A stretch of 64,000 bases of DNA from an uncultured Candidatus Saccharibacteria bacterium. GTDB lineage: Bacteria > Patescibacteriota > Saccharimonadia > Saccharimonadales > CAZJQT01. The position numbers and the translations under genes were made by a program. Below are positions 49,804 through 58,586 of this stretch, one piece after another. Within the stretch, counting starts at the first letter, position 1, and each line of letters starts with the position of its first letter. The DNA lies in NCBI GenBank assembly GCA_964548655.1, contig CAZJQT010000002.1, positions 15,901 to 79,900 of the forward strand. The letters are read 5' to 3'. The notes under the pieces were generated by a model that was not told the DNA's origin, searched no databases, and saw only the letters and a program-made list of their open reading frames with translations.

Positions 49804-50787
49804 CTAGCTGGCTTTCTTATCTACTACTTCATGGGCGGCAAAAACAATGTGTTTGGCGGTGAGTCCAAAATAGTCAAATAGTTCCTCTGGTGTGCCTGAT
49901 TCGCCAAAACGATCTTTCATACCCATTCGCTTCAATGGCACCGGATATTCTTCGCCTAACAATTCCGCAACCGCACCACCAAGCCCACCGTTAATTTGGG
50001 CTTCTTCAACAGTTATGACCGCCCTAGTTTTGCGCACGCTTCTGAGGATTGTTTCAGTATCCAGCGGCTTAATGGTTGGGCAGTGTATGACTTCTGCGTC
50101 AATGCCTTGTTGGTAGAGTTTTTCGGCGGCTAATAAAGCATGGTAAGTCATTCTGCCCGTACAGATAATACTAACGTCATTACCACGATCAAAAACGTAG
50201 GCTTCGCCAATCTTAAAAGGTGTTTTTTCGGTAGTAAAAATTGGTGTGTCGTCCCTAGCTATACGCATATAAGCAGGCGTTTTATAGGTAGCCAGGGCTA
50301 TCGTTGCCTTGCTTGCTTCTATGCTATCGCACGGAGCAATTACGGTCATATTAGATAAGACTCTCATCAGGGCGATGTCTTCCAGCATCTGGTGCGTTGC
50401 ACCGTCCGGTGCATCAGATAAACCCACATGAGTAGCTACTAGTTTAACTGGCCGATTATTGATACAAATAGTAGTTTTGATCTGTTCCCAGTTGCGGCCA
50501 GGGCTGAAAGCTCCATATGCAGCCACGTAAGGTATTTTTCCCATTGCTGCTAATCCGGAACCGACCGTCACCAAATTCTGCTCGGCAACACCAACCTGGA
50601 CAAAACGATCTGGGAATTCTTTGGCAAATGCATCAGTGCCAGTTGAACCGGCTACATCCGAGGAGGCGGCGACCACATTTTCATGTTGGTGGCCAGCCGC
50701 TACCAGACCACGGCCATAGCCTTTTTTCATGGGCTCTTTGACTACAGCCTTGTCCGTGATGTCACGAATCAAATACGGCTCATTCAT
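49804..50787 (-). CDS. transketolase, C-terminal (pyrimidine-binding) subunit
   Basis: Split transketolase: ...VGVAEQNLV..., and a 4-nt overlap with the N-terminal subunit gene. Confidence 0.9.
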   Translation of the reverse strand: MNEPYLIRDITDKAVVKEPMKKGYGRGLVAAGHQHENVVAASSDVAGSTGTDAFAKEFPDRFVQVGVAEQNLVTVGSGLAAMGKIPYVAAYGAFSPGRNWEQIKTTICINNRPVKLVATHVGLSDAPDGATHQMLEDIALMRVLSNMTVIAPCDSIEASKATIALATYKTPAYMRIARDDTPIFTTEKTPFKIGEAYVFDRGNDVSIICTGRMTYHALLAAEKLYQQGIDAEVIHCPTIKPLDTETILRSVRKTRAVITVEEAQINGGLGGAVAELLGEEYPVPLKRMGMKDRFGESGTPEELFDYFGLTAKHIVFAAHEVVDKKAS

Positions 50788-51641
50788 TCGTGCTCCGATT
50801 CAATTTTACCTTGAAGTGTGCGTAGTTCATGGAGAGCTTTCACAGCTTGCTCATGATCCGGCGGTTTGCCGTGCCACTGGAAGTCGTATTCCATAAAATC
50901 AACCCCTTTACCAGGCACCGTATGGGCTATTATCATCACCGGTTTTTCAACGATGGCACGGGCCATGGCACAAGCATCAATCACGGCCTCAATATCGTTG
51001 CCATCCACTTCTATAACGTGCCAACCAAAGGCTTCCCATTTGGCACGTAGATCCTCCAATGGCATTACGACCTCTGTTGGTCCATCGATCTGGATGTTAT
51101 TCCTATCAGTTATGGCAATTATATTGTTAAGTTTGTATTTAGCACAAAGCATGGCTGCTTCCCAGACGTTACCCTCGTCTTGTTCACCGTCACCAGTAAT
51201 GACATATATCCAGCGGTGACTAGTTTTATCCATGCGCATAGCTAGTGCCATACCAGCTGCCTGGCTCAAACCGCTGCCTAGTGGCCCGCTTGTGTTCTCT
51301 AACCCAGGTAAACGCTCGCGTTCAGGGTGACCTTGCAACCTAGAGCCAAATTTTCTCAGAGTCAGGAGTTCTTTTTTGTCAAAATAGCCGTTTTCGGCCA
51401 TGGTAGCATATAGTACTGGTGCACAATGACCATTGGATAGTAGTAAAATATCACGCTCTGGCCAGTCAGGTTTCTTGGTATCGTGTTTTAAGACGTCGAA
51501 GTATAGAGCTGTAAAAATGTCAGCTAATCCTAATGGCCCAGCCGAATGGCCGCTGCCAGCCCGTTCCAACATGCGGATGATGCTTTCGCGAATAGCTTCG
51601 GCTTTGAGTTCCAGCTCTTTTATAGTGTATGTTTTACTCAC
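50784..51641 (-). CDS. transketolase, N-terminal (TPP-binding) subunit
   Basis: GHSAGPLG..., SNGH, and GDGEQDEGNVWEA TPP motif. Confidence 0.9.
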   Translation of the reverse strand: MSKTYTIKELELKAEAIRESIIRMLERAGSGHSAGPLGLADIFTALYFDVLKHDTKKPDWPERDILLLSNGHCAPVLYATMAENGYFDKKELLTLRKFGSRLQGHPERERLPGLENTSGPLGSGLSQAAGMALAMRMDKTSHRWIYVITGDGEQDEGNVWEAAMLCAKYKLNNIIAITDRNNIQIDGPTEVVMPLEDLRAKWEAFGWHVIEVDGNDIEAVIDACAMARAIVEKPVMIIAHTVPGKGVDFMEYDFQWHGKPPDHEQAVKALHELRTLQGKIESEHE

Positions 51642-52275
51642 TTTTACGCCTTATTACTTCTCTTATTTTAACATAAGCGGTCTCTGGATCTGGATCGTTC
51701 ATGATAAAACCACCAACGTTCAAAACATCAACTCCAAGTTCGACCAAAAGTGGAGCGTTTCTATTGGTGATACCGCCGTCCCAACCAATTTCGGCTTCAT
51801 GATGCAGACTGCGAATGGCTTTAACTTTCTCGAGAAGCAACAAATCAGCCTTGCCGCCATGGTAACCAAGCTTACCGCTGAAGATTAGAACATGATCAAA
51901 ACCATACAAATACTTTTCTACTTTTTCGACTGGGGTATCAGCCAGCAAAGCCAACCCGGCTTTAATGCCGGCTTTATGCAGGTGGGCCGCAAACAAGCTG
52001 TGATCAACTTTTGCTTCAGCATGGATCACCACCAGGTTAGGTTTTAGCTCGACTAGTTTCGTCATGGCCGTTGCTGGCAATTGATACATCAAATGGATGT
52101 CGGCTTTGACACCATGCGGCCACCAGACGTGTTCCAGCCCCGGCGAACGCGTTGGTGCAAATTGGCCGTCCATCAAATCTATATGAACGCGTGTGGCAAA
52201 ACTAGCAATTCGCTCCATCTGCGTCCGATACTGGTGAGTGTCGTAAGCCGTAATTGTTGGTGCGACCCAAACCAT
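51634..52275 (-). CDS. rpe: ribulose-phosphate 3-epimerase-like protein
   Basis: HIDLMDGQFAP, DIHLM, IHAEA and GWDGGI align by eye with E. coli Rpe motifs. I chose the start at 52275 (MVWVAP...), just after the rpiB stop. Confidence 0.75.
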   Translation of the reverse strand: MVWVAPTITAYDTHQYRTQMERIASFATRVHIDLMDGQFAPTRSPGLEHVWWPHGVKADIHLMYQLPATAMTKLVELKPNLVVIHAEAKVDHSLFAAHLHKAGIKAGLALLADTPVEKVEKYLYGFDHVLIFSGKLGYHGGKADLLLLEKVKAIRSLHHEAEIGWDGGITNRNAPLLVELGVDVLNVGGFIMNDPDPETAYVKIREVIRRKSE

Positions 52276-52276
52276 G

Positions 52277-52720
52277 CTAAAGCTCATCAATCTCTTTGAT
52301 ACGCCTAACAAACCGCGGTGCGGCGGCAAACTCAGTGTTTAGGAATGTTTCTACAAACAAGTTGGCATCGTCTTTTTCAAATAATTTAGCCGGCAAGCAA
52401 AGCACATTGATATCATCATCATTGCGGCTGGATTGAATGGTCTCGCGACTATAACCCATAGCGGCCCGGATGCCTTTGAAGCGGTTGGCCGCAATACACA
52501 TACCCTGACCGCTACCACAGATCAAAATGCCACGTGGATCGTTGTCATCACTGGCCAGCATGCCGTTGACTACCTTGCTGGCAAAAACTGGAAAATCGTC
52601 GTCAACATCCAATTTCTTATCACCATCGTCAACCACCTCATAGCCAGCTTTTTTCAAATAACGCAAAAGCGTATTCCTAAGATAGAAACCTTGGTGATCA
52701 GCCCCAACAAAAACCTTCAT
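52277..52720 (-). CDS. rpiB: ribose-5-phosphate isomerase B
   Basis: MKVFVGADHQGF..., ICGSGQGMCIAANR. Confidence 0.9.
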   Translation of the reverse strand: MKVFVGADHQGFYLRNTLLRYLKKAGYEVVDDGDKKLDVDDDFPVFASKVVNGMLASDDNDPRGILICGSGQGMCIAANRFKGIRAAMGYSRETIQSSRNDDDINVLCLPAKLFEKDDANLFVETFLNTEFAAAPRFVRRIKEIDEL

Positions 52721-52742
52721 TTATTTCAACCTAAATAAGCGA

Positions 52743-52833
52743 GTATTTTTCGCAAAAGAGACTAGGGCGAAACGCGAACCAGAGTAACCAGCTGGATTAC
52801 TCCGCGTGGGAGTGGTCTCTTGAGGAAAAATAC
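52743..52833. repeat. 91-nt imperfect palindrome between gap and rpiB
   Basis: GTATTTTTC gca AAGAGAC ... GAGTAACCAG/CTGGaTTACTC ... GTCTCTT gag GAAAAATAC; it starts 7 nt after the gap stop. Confidence 0.6.
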
Positions 52834-52839
52834 GAGCGT

Positions 52840-53856
52840 TCATGACTGCAATTGCTTCCCAGCCTCAGCTGTCATTTCCACCAAACGGTTAGAATAGCCC
52901 CACTCGTTATCGTACCAAGCAACTACTTTGAGCATATTGCCGCCGATAACAGCCGTTAAGTTTAAATCAACAATGGCCGAATGGCTATTGCCAATAAAAT
53001 CGCTACTGACTAATTCTTCTTCAGTCACTGTCAGAATACCTTGAAAGTAGGGATTGGCGGCGGCTTTTTTGAAAGCTTCGTTTACCACCTCGACTGTGAC
53101 TGGTTTTTTAGTGATGATAACGAAGTCACTCAGGCTAACCACCGGCGTTGGTACACGTATGCTCAAACCACCAAAAACTCCTGTTAGGGCCGGTAAGGCT
53201 TTAGCGGCGGCAATACTAGCACCCGTACTAGTTGGCACGATGTTCTCAGCAGCACTACGTGCTTCTCGTAAATCTTTAGCTGGTGCGTCCTGCAATTTCT
53301 GGCTAGCTGTGTAGCTATGGACGGTGGTCATCATGGCTTTTTCGATACCGAAGTTACTTTCTATAATAGCTGCCACTGGTGTAATACAGTTAGTCGTGCA
53401 GCTGGCGTTAGAGATTACTTGGTGGTCGGGATTTAAGTCTTGCTCATTAACTCCCATAACGTAGGTGTCGTGATGAGTGTCGTCCTTTTCTGGAGCAGAC
53501 AATACAACTCGCTTAGCACCAGCTTCAATGTGCTTGAGCAAGTCTTCATGTTTAGTGAAAAAACCGGTCGCTTCAATTACGACCTCAACGCCCATTTCTT
53601 TCCAAGGCAGTTTGGACGGGTCTTTCTCGGCCAGCACCTTGATGGCCTGGCCAGCCACTATCAAGTGACCATCATCAGAGGTAACTTCACGGCTATAAAC
53701 TCCGTAATTGCTGTCATGTTTCAATAAATGTGCCAAAGTTTTTGGGTCAGTCAGGTCATTAATGGCTACAATCTCCAGATCGGCCCGTTCAAAAGCAATT
53801 TTAAAGGCGTTGCGCCCGATGCGCCCAAAGCCATTTATAGCAATCTGTGTTTTCAA
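52840..53856 (-). CDS. gap: glyceraldehyde-3-phosphate dehydrogenase
   Basis: INGFGRIGR, SNASCTTNC, WYDNEWGYS. Confidence 0.95.
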   Translation of the reverse strand: MKTQIAINGFGRIGRNAFKIAFERADLEIVAINDLTDPKTLAHLLKHDSNYGVYSREVTSDDGHLIVAGQAIKVLAEKDPSKLPWKEMGVEVVIEATGFFTKHEDLLKHIEAGAKRVVLSAPEKDDTHHDTYVMGVNEQDLNPDHQVISNASCTTNCITPVAAIIESNFGIEKAMMTTVHSYTASQKLQDAPAKDLREARSAAENIVPTSTGASIAAAKALPALTGVFGGLSIRVPTPVVSLSDFVIITKKPVTVEVVNEAFKKAAANPYFQGILTVTEEELVSSDFIGNSHSAIVDLNLTAVIGGNMLKVVAWYDNEWGYSNRLVEMTAEAGKQLQS

Positions 53857-53886
53857 TTTTACCCACCTCGTCTATATTCAGAGATT

Positions 53887-53915
53887 ATTGTACGAGCTCA
53901 TAAGGTTAAGCGCAA
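53887..53915 (-). promoter_or_regulatory. candidate sigma70 promoter of gap
   Basis: Minus strand reads TTGCGC, 17-nt spacer, TACAAT, with SD GAGGTGG before the ATG. Confidence 0.5.
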
Positions 53916-53925
53916 TATTTATAGC

Positions 53926-54369
53926 CTAGCCGGCCGGAATTAATTCCTCTATGACACTAAAGTCGGTAATTGTACTAAGGGGTACGATCTCGTAATCTTC
54001 TCCCCAGGTCGGATAAGTCACCAGAGCTATCCATCCTCGGTTAGTCTCCTGTGTCTCTATAACTTTGCAACCTTGGTAATCAACCGGTTTCATTTCTTGA
54101 TCGGTCAATGGATAGCATGGCACAGTCGTGATAGCGCGACTACCATCTGGGCGGCGAAGTACGCAGGCATGACCGCTTGGTCTGGCTTTAAATTGCAGTC
54201 TTTCGTCAGTCATTTTACCTAGCATTGCAGCAAAGGCTAGTATGCCCAAAGCATGTTTTTGGCGAGCTTCGTGAACCGCGTCTTGTGATTCCTGTTGCCG
54301 CGCGAACAATTCTTCAATCGTAGCCAATGGGCGTGCTTCAACCCGTTCACCTGGGAATCCCTCTCCCAT
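53926..54369 (-). CDS. hypothetical protein (147 aa)
   Basis: ORF sharing 1 nt with the ppa stop. Confidence 0.65.
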   Translation of the reverse strand: MGEGFPGERVEARPLATIEELFARQQESQDAVHEARQKHALGILAFAAMLGKMTDERLQFKARPSGHACVLRRPDGSRAITTVPCYPLTDQEMKPVDYQGCKVIETQETNRGWIALVTYPTWGEDYEIVPLSTITDFSVIEELIPAG

Positions 54370-54902
54370 TAGTTTTTATCCTGGTAGCGCTTGGCGCAAG
54401 CGGCAATGATCTTCTTGGCCTCGTCTGCATCACCCCACCCTACAACTTTAGTGCTGCCAGGTTTTTTCAGATCTTTGTAGTGGTTAAAATGATGTTCTAT
54501 TTTTTGCTTCCATTGATCATGTAGATCATCTAGCGTGTTAATGGCATCGCCAGTGTTGCGATCATCGGCAGGCACACAAACAATCTTGTGGTCATTGTCA
54601 CCATCATCAACAAAATTTAACATACCAACTACCTTGGCTTTTAGGTAAACGCCGGTTGGGATTGGATCATTGGTCAAAACCAAAGTATCAAGCTCATCGC
54701 CATCATCGTCCAGAGTCTGAGGGATAAAACCATAATTGCAAGGCTTAGCAAAAATACTTGGCTCAACGCGGTCTAGCTCAAATATAGCCAGCTCTTTGTT
54801 CCACTCAATCTTGAGAGTTGACCATTTGGGAATTTCAATAACAGTGTTGATGACACCGCCATCAACATCACCAGCGTCCAAAATTTTATTAAAATCAGCC
54901 AA
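54369..54902 (-). CDS. ppa: inorganic pyrophosphatase (family I)
   Basis: ...VIEIPK.S..K.E......LDR..., YGFIPQTL.DDGD.LD.LVL. Confidence 0.9.
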   Translation of the reverse strand: MADFNKILDAGDVDGGVINTVIEIPKWSTLKIEWNKELAIFELDRVEPSIFAKPCNYGFIPQTLDDDGDELDTLVLTNDPIPTGVYLKAKVVGMLNFVDDGDNDHKIVCVPADDRNTGDAINTLDDLHDQWKQKIEHHFNHYKDLKKPGSTKVVGWGDADEAKKIIAACAKRYQDKN

Positions 54903-54945
54903 TGTAATATCTCCGATTAATCAGTAATATTGTACACTACCTTTC

Positions 54946-55629
54946 ATGCACATCATCGGCCACAGAGGCGCGGCTGGTTTAGAGTTAGAAAATACTATGG
55001 CCAGCATCCAAGCTGCCTTAAATTATAGGGTTGAAGCTATAGAGATCGATGTCCGTAAAACTAAAGACAAACATTTGGTACTGTGTCATGACGCCGATCT
55101 TCAAAGAGTGGCGGATGACGAACGCAGGGTTCGTGAACTTACGCTCAAACAGATTCAGAAAATACCACTTCTAACCGGTGCCGTGATGCCAACCCTTGAA
55201 GAGGCGCTGGAGTTGATAGGAAAAAAGCCAGTTGTTATTGAGCTAAAAGAAAATGGTTGTTTGGAGTTATTAATCGCTGTGCTAAAAAATTTCCCTGAGA
55301 CCAACGTTTCCGTGGCATCATTCAAGCATGCTGAACTAGTTAAGTTAAGCCAATTACAGGCTGGGATTAAGGTTTATGGCCTGGAAAGGACTAAGCCGTT
55401 CGATATTATTCATAATGCCAAGCGCTTGGGTCTAAATGGTGTTGGCCTAAACTATTGGCTACTAAACCCTTTAACTTATTGGCTGTGCCGCAGAGCCCAG
55501 CTTGATATTTATATCTATACTTTAGACAAGCCCCTTTTGGCCCGAGCAATATCAACTCTGTATCCAAAGGTTTCAATTTGCACCAACTTCCCTGATCGAT
55601 TCGTGAAGAGGGCGTCTAAGTCTATCTAG
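54946..55629 (+). CDS. glycerophosphodiester phosphodiesterase
   Basis: IGHRGAAGLELENT and EIDVRKTKDKHLVLCHD GDPD motifs. Confidence 0.9.
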   Translation: MHIIGHRGAAGLELENTMASIQAALNYRVEAIEIDVRKTKDKHLVLCHDADLQRVADDERRVRELTLKQIQKIPLLTGAVMPTLEEALELIGKKPVVIELKENGCLELLIAVLKNFPETNVSVASFKHAELVKLSQLQAGIKVYGLERTKPFDIIHNAKRLGLNGVGLNYWLLNPLTYWLCRRAQLDIYIYTLDKPLLARAISTLYPKVSICTNFPDRFVKRASKSI

Positions 55630-56066
55630 TTGCTGGGTTTGGCTAAGTCAGCTAGAACTTGTAGATAGATTTCAGACTTAGTCTTTGGTATGTCTTGCAA
55701 CCAGTCGTTCATTGCCTCCGATACATCAGACTCTAGCCTAAGTAGCGTACGCCGACCGCGGATAGTGACAATAACTTGACGACCACGGCGATCTTTTATT
55801 AATATTTTCTGTTTAACAAAGCGTAGTTTGGTGAGTGTTGAAACTAAAGCTGTTACCTGCGGCAAGGTGACATCAAGCGAGTTTGCAATTTGTGACATGC
55901 TGACGCCCTGTTTGGGGCCAGCTGCAATAACGTTCAGAGCCAACCATTCCATGATACTGAGACGACTTTTAGATAGACGGTCAGCTACGAGACTGCGCAT
56001 TGCCCTGTCAGCTCGAGCGTGGTTCAGGCACAACTCATACATGGACGGCAAAACACTTTTATTCAT
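55626..56066 (-). CDS. MarR-family transcriptional regulator
   Basis: Winged-helix layout: ...LSIMEWLALNVI......MSQIANSLDVTLPQVTALVSTL...FV. Confidence 0.8.
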   Translation of the reverse strand: MNKSVLPSMYELCLNHARADRAMRSLVADRLSKSRLSIMEWLALNVIAAGPKQGVSMSQIANSLDVTLPQVTALVSTLTKLRFVKQKILIKDRRGRQVIVTIRGRRTLLRLESDVSEAMNDWLQDIPKTKSEIYLQVLADLAKPSN

Positions 56067-56123
56067 GAACTAATTTTGTCAATAAAACTTCAGCTTGTAA
56101 AGTATCCCTTTGAAGATTAGTTC

Positions 56124-56291
56124 CTAGAGTAAAGTGCTTGAGTCTCTGGCTAGGCGCCAGCGAAGGACGGACTGAATCGTATAAGCAATACGATGAAGGA
56201 GTACTGGAGCTGACAACAACGCCAGAGACCAAGAGTCTCAGCGGGTCGTGAGCCACACTCAGGAGCAGGCTGAGACGGCACTTTGCTCTAG
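56124..56291. other. 168-nt multi-stem structured element (candidate ncRNA or complex 3'UTR)
   Basis: Four stems are visible. P1 is 14 bp (56124..56137 with 56278..56291). P2 is 9 bp (56142..56150 with 56221..56229). A 7-bp hairpin pairs 56176..56182 with 56188..56194. P3 is 8 bp (56235..56242 with 56269..56276). Confidence 0.45.
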
Positions 56292-57226
56292 GATCGTTCT
56301 ATGTCTTCAAGGCGTTTGCGGATCATCAATGCTGCCGTGGCTCCTTCGCCAGCAGCGCTAGCGATTTGCATGGTGGCACCACTACGAACGTCACCAGCTG
56401 CAAAAACGTTCTTCATACTAGTTTCCAGACTACTGTCAGTCTTGATCATGCCAATTTCATCTAGCTCGAGCTTGCCCTTTAGAAATTCCGTATTCGGCTT
56501 AAGGCCAATAAATACAAATACGCCATCAGTCGGGAACTCAACCTTTTTGTCTTTGGCTATGTCAGTACCAACCACTTTGACAACGTGACTATCCTGGCCA
56601 ACAATTTCATCGGTTGTTACGCCCAAATGAACTGTTATTTTATCTTTGTGCTTTTCCAGCTCCTGGATCAAAATGTCACTGGCTTTTATCGTGCTACGCA
56701 CAAGTAGGTCTATGTGACTAGCGAACTTGGTTAAAAACAGCGATTCCTGAACGGCCGAATTGCCACCACCGGCTACCACCAGTCGTTTATCACGATAGAA
56801 CGCACCGTCGCAAGTGGCACAGTAGTGCACCCCACGGGCATAGTATTCTTTCTCGCCAGGCACGCCTAGTTTCTTATAATCACTACCGGTTGCTATCAAA
56901 ACCGTCTTAGCTTTGACTACGCCATCAGTTGTGGTTAGCTCTAGTAAGTTGCCGTCAGGCTGAATATCAGTAGCATCGCCTAGACGGATTTCGGCACCAA
57001 AGCGTTCCGCTTGCTCTCTAAGACCATCAGCTAGCTCCAGGCCAGCTATGCCCTTAGGAAAACCTGGGTAGTTGTCTACCCAGTCAGTTACGGCCGCTAG
57101 ACCACCAATGGCACCTTTCTCAAACAAGACCGTTTTGAGATCCTCTCGGCAGGTGTAAATAGCTGCTGCCAGATTAGTTGGCCCAGCTCCCACCATGGCA
57201 ACGTCGTAGACTTCTGTCTCGCTCAT
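56288..57226 (-). CDS. trxB: thioredoxin-disulfide reductase
   Basis: GAGPTNLAAAIY FAD motif and the redox-active CATCDG. Confidence 0.95.
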   Translation of the reverse strand: MSETEVYDVAMVGAGPTNLAAAIYTCREDLKTVLFEKGAIGGLAAVTDWVDNYPGFPKGIAGLELADGLREQAERFGAEIRLGDATDIQPDGNLLELTTTDGVVKAKTVLIATGSDYKKLGVPGEKEYYARGVHYCATCDGAFYRDKRLVVAGGGNSAVQESLFLTKFASHIDLLVRSTIKASDILIQELEKHKDKITVHLGVTTDEIVGQDSHVVKVVGTDIAKDKKVEFPTDGVFVFIGLKPNTEFLKGKLELDEIGMIKTDSSLETSMKNVFAAGDVRSGATMQIASAAGEGATAALMIRKRLEDIERS

Positions 57227-57249
57227 ATTTACTTAATTATAACTTACTT

Positions 57250-57498
57250 CTAGCCGATAGCCGGCGCTAATTGAGCCAGATTGTAGCCAACTACCACTTG
57301 GCGCGAATCATCCTGCTTGGTAACAACTGTAACCGGTACGCTTAGTGAACCACTCAACGCGAAAGCTTCCTGCTGACGATCTGGGTTTTGATCCAGGTTA
57401 ACTTCCTCGTAGTTAAACCCCTTGGCTCCCAACCAACGTTTCACCATGACACAGTAGGCGCAGGTGTCAGTGGTAAAGATCGTGATATTTTTGACCAT
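57250..57498 (-). CDS. glutaredoxin-like protein (NrdH/Grx family)
   Basis: 82 aa with a CAYC active site in a thioredoxin fold. Confidence 0.85.
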   Translation of the reverse strand: MVKNITIFTTDTCAYCVMVKRWLGAKGFNYEEVNLDQNPDRQQEAFALSGSLSVPVTVVTKQDDSRQVVVGYNLAQLAPAIG

Positions 57499-57549
57499 TT
57501 CTTTAGTCCTTTATTTAGTTTTGTTAGTTATTTTTTAAACGTAACCCTT

Positions 57550-57579
57550 ATTGTATATGGTGCATGGGGTAGAATGCAA
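57550..57579 (-). promoter_or_regulatory. candidate promoter of the grx-trxB operon
   Basis: Minus strand reads TTGCAT, 18-nt spacer, TACAAT. Confidence 0.4.
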
Positions 57580-57619
57580 GACGCTATATGTTGTGTTTTT
57601 TTATCTATTTATCCACCAT

Positions 57620-58156
57620 TTATGGATTTTGAACAGCAATTAACTCAACGTCAAAGACCATATCTGCGTTGGCGCGAATGCCCTGCGGAGGTGATGCGCC
57701 ATAGGCCATTGCCGCTGGGATCAATAATCTTCGTTTGCCACCAGTTTTCATGCCAGGAATACCCTGTGTCCATCCTTGGATTACGCCATCAAGAGCGAAG
57801 GTTATTGGCTGACCACCGTGTAAGTCAGAACTATCAAAAATACTGCCATCAGAGGCGTAAGCACCAGTGTATTTTACGGTTACTTTTGAGCTACTGGTAA
57901 CGACTTCACCTGTTCCGACCTGTGTATCCGTCGTTTGTAAACTATCAATTTTACTGATTGGGTTGAAATTACTCAGCTTTTGCATGGGTGCTCCTTGATT
58001 AGTTTGATTTGTCTGTGGGTTAGTCTGGTTGCTTTGGTGCATTTGCCAGAGTATGCCAGCCGTTATCGCCACTGTTGAGCCCAAGAATAACAAGGCCCCA
58101 ACCAGTGCAAATATTCTATGGTGTAGTCTAGCCATATTTATCCTCCTAAAATTCAA
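57620..58156 (-). CDS. FKBP-type peptidyl-prolyl cis-trans isomerase, membrane-anchored or secreted
   Basis: N-terminal hydrophobic segment, then an FKBP core ...VKYTGAY.SDGSIFDSS...GVIQGW..G...MK.GGKR.L.IP...AYG. Confidence 0.85.
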   Translation of the reverse strand: MNFRRINMARLHHRIFALVGALLFLGSTVAITAGILWQMHQSNQTNPQTNQTNQGAPMQKLSNFNPISKIDSLQTTDTQVGTGEVVTSSSKVTVKYTGAYASDGSIFDSSDLHGGQPITFALDGVIQGWTQGIPGMKTGGKRRLLIPAAMAYGASPPQGIRANADMVFDVELIAVQNP

Positions 58157-58583
58157 TCGGCGCCTGTGGCCAACCCGATTTTACCGCTTCTAATATACGT
58201 CTTTTTAAATTTTCTGACAAAAACGGCAAATTTTCTAAGTCGCTAATCTTCACCCAACCTGGCTGATATAAGTTCTTGCCCATTTTGTTAATGTGATCTT
58301 CTTCTGAACCGGGCATGAGCGCTGGTTCACCGCCGGCAAAATCACATAGGAATATCAGCTGGTCACCGTAAGGTACGCCAGCATGCTCAACAAAAACCAT
58401 GCGTTGATTGCTAATTGTCAGCTGAGTTTCCTCACCCACCTCGCGTTCCAGTGCCTGTTGCGGTGTCTCGCCTAGCTCAATATTACCGCCTGGCAAAGTG
58501 TCGTATTCTTTGCCAAACTTGTTGCGGTGCATGACAAGTAACTTGTTGTCCTTGATAACAATTGCTCTAACAGCTCGTCTCAT
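58146..58583 (-). CDS. Nudix hydrolase
   Basis: Nudix box GGNIELGETPQQALEREVGEETQL. Confidence 0.85.
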   Translation of the reverse strand: MRRAVRAIVIKDNKLLVMHRNKFGKEYDTLPGGNIELGETPQQALEREVGEETQLTISNQRMVFVEHAGVPYGDQLIFLCDFAGGEPALMPGSEEDHINKMGKNLYQPGWVKISDLENLPFLSENLKRRILEAVKSGWPQAPIEF

Positions 58584-58586
58584 GTT

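Noticed and set aside
56140-56245. Resemblance of CTCTGG...GCGCCAGCGAAGGACGG...TCTCAGC to glycine or TPP riboswitch cores on the plus strand
   Set aside because: The matches are partial only: no CUGAGA or GGAGAG core in the right place. There is also no downstream plus-strand gene to regulate, since the plus strand here is antisense to trxB.
56059-56256. 65-aa minus-strand ORF in the trxB-MarR gap
   Set aside because: It has no SD, overlaps the MarR start, and has a Ser/Leu/Val-rich composition. It coincides with the structured element.
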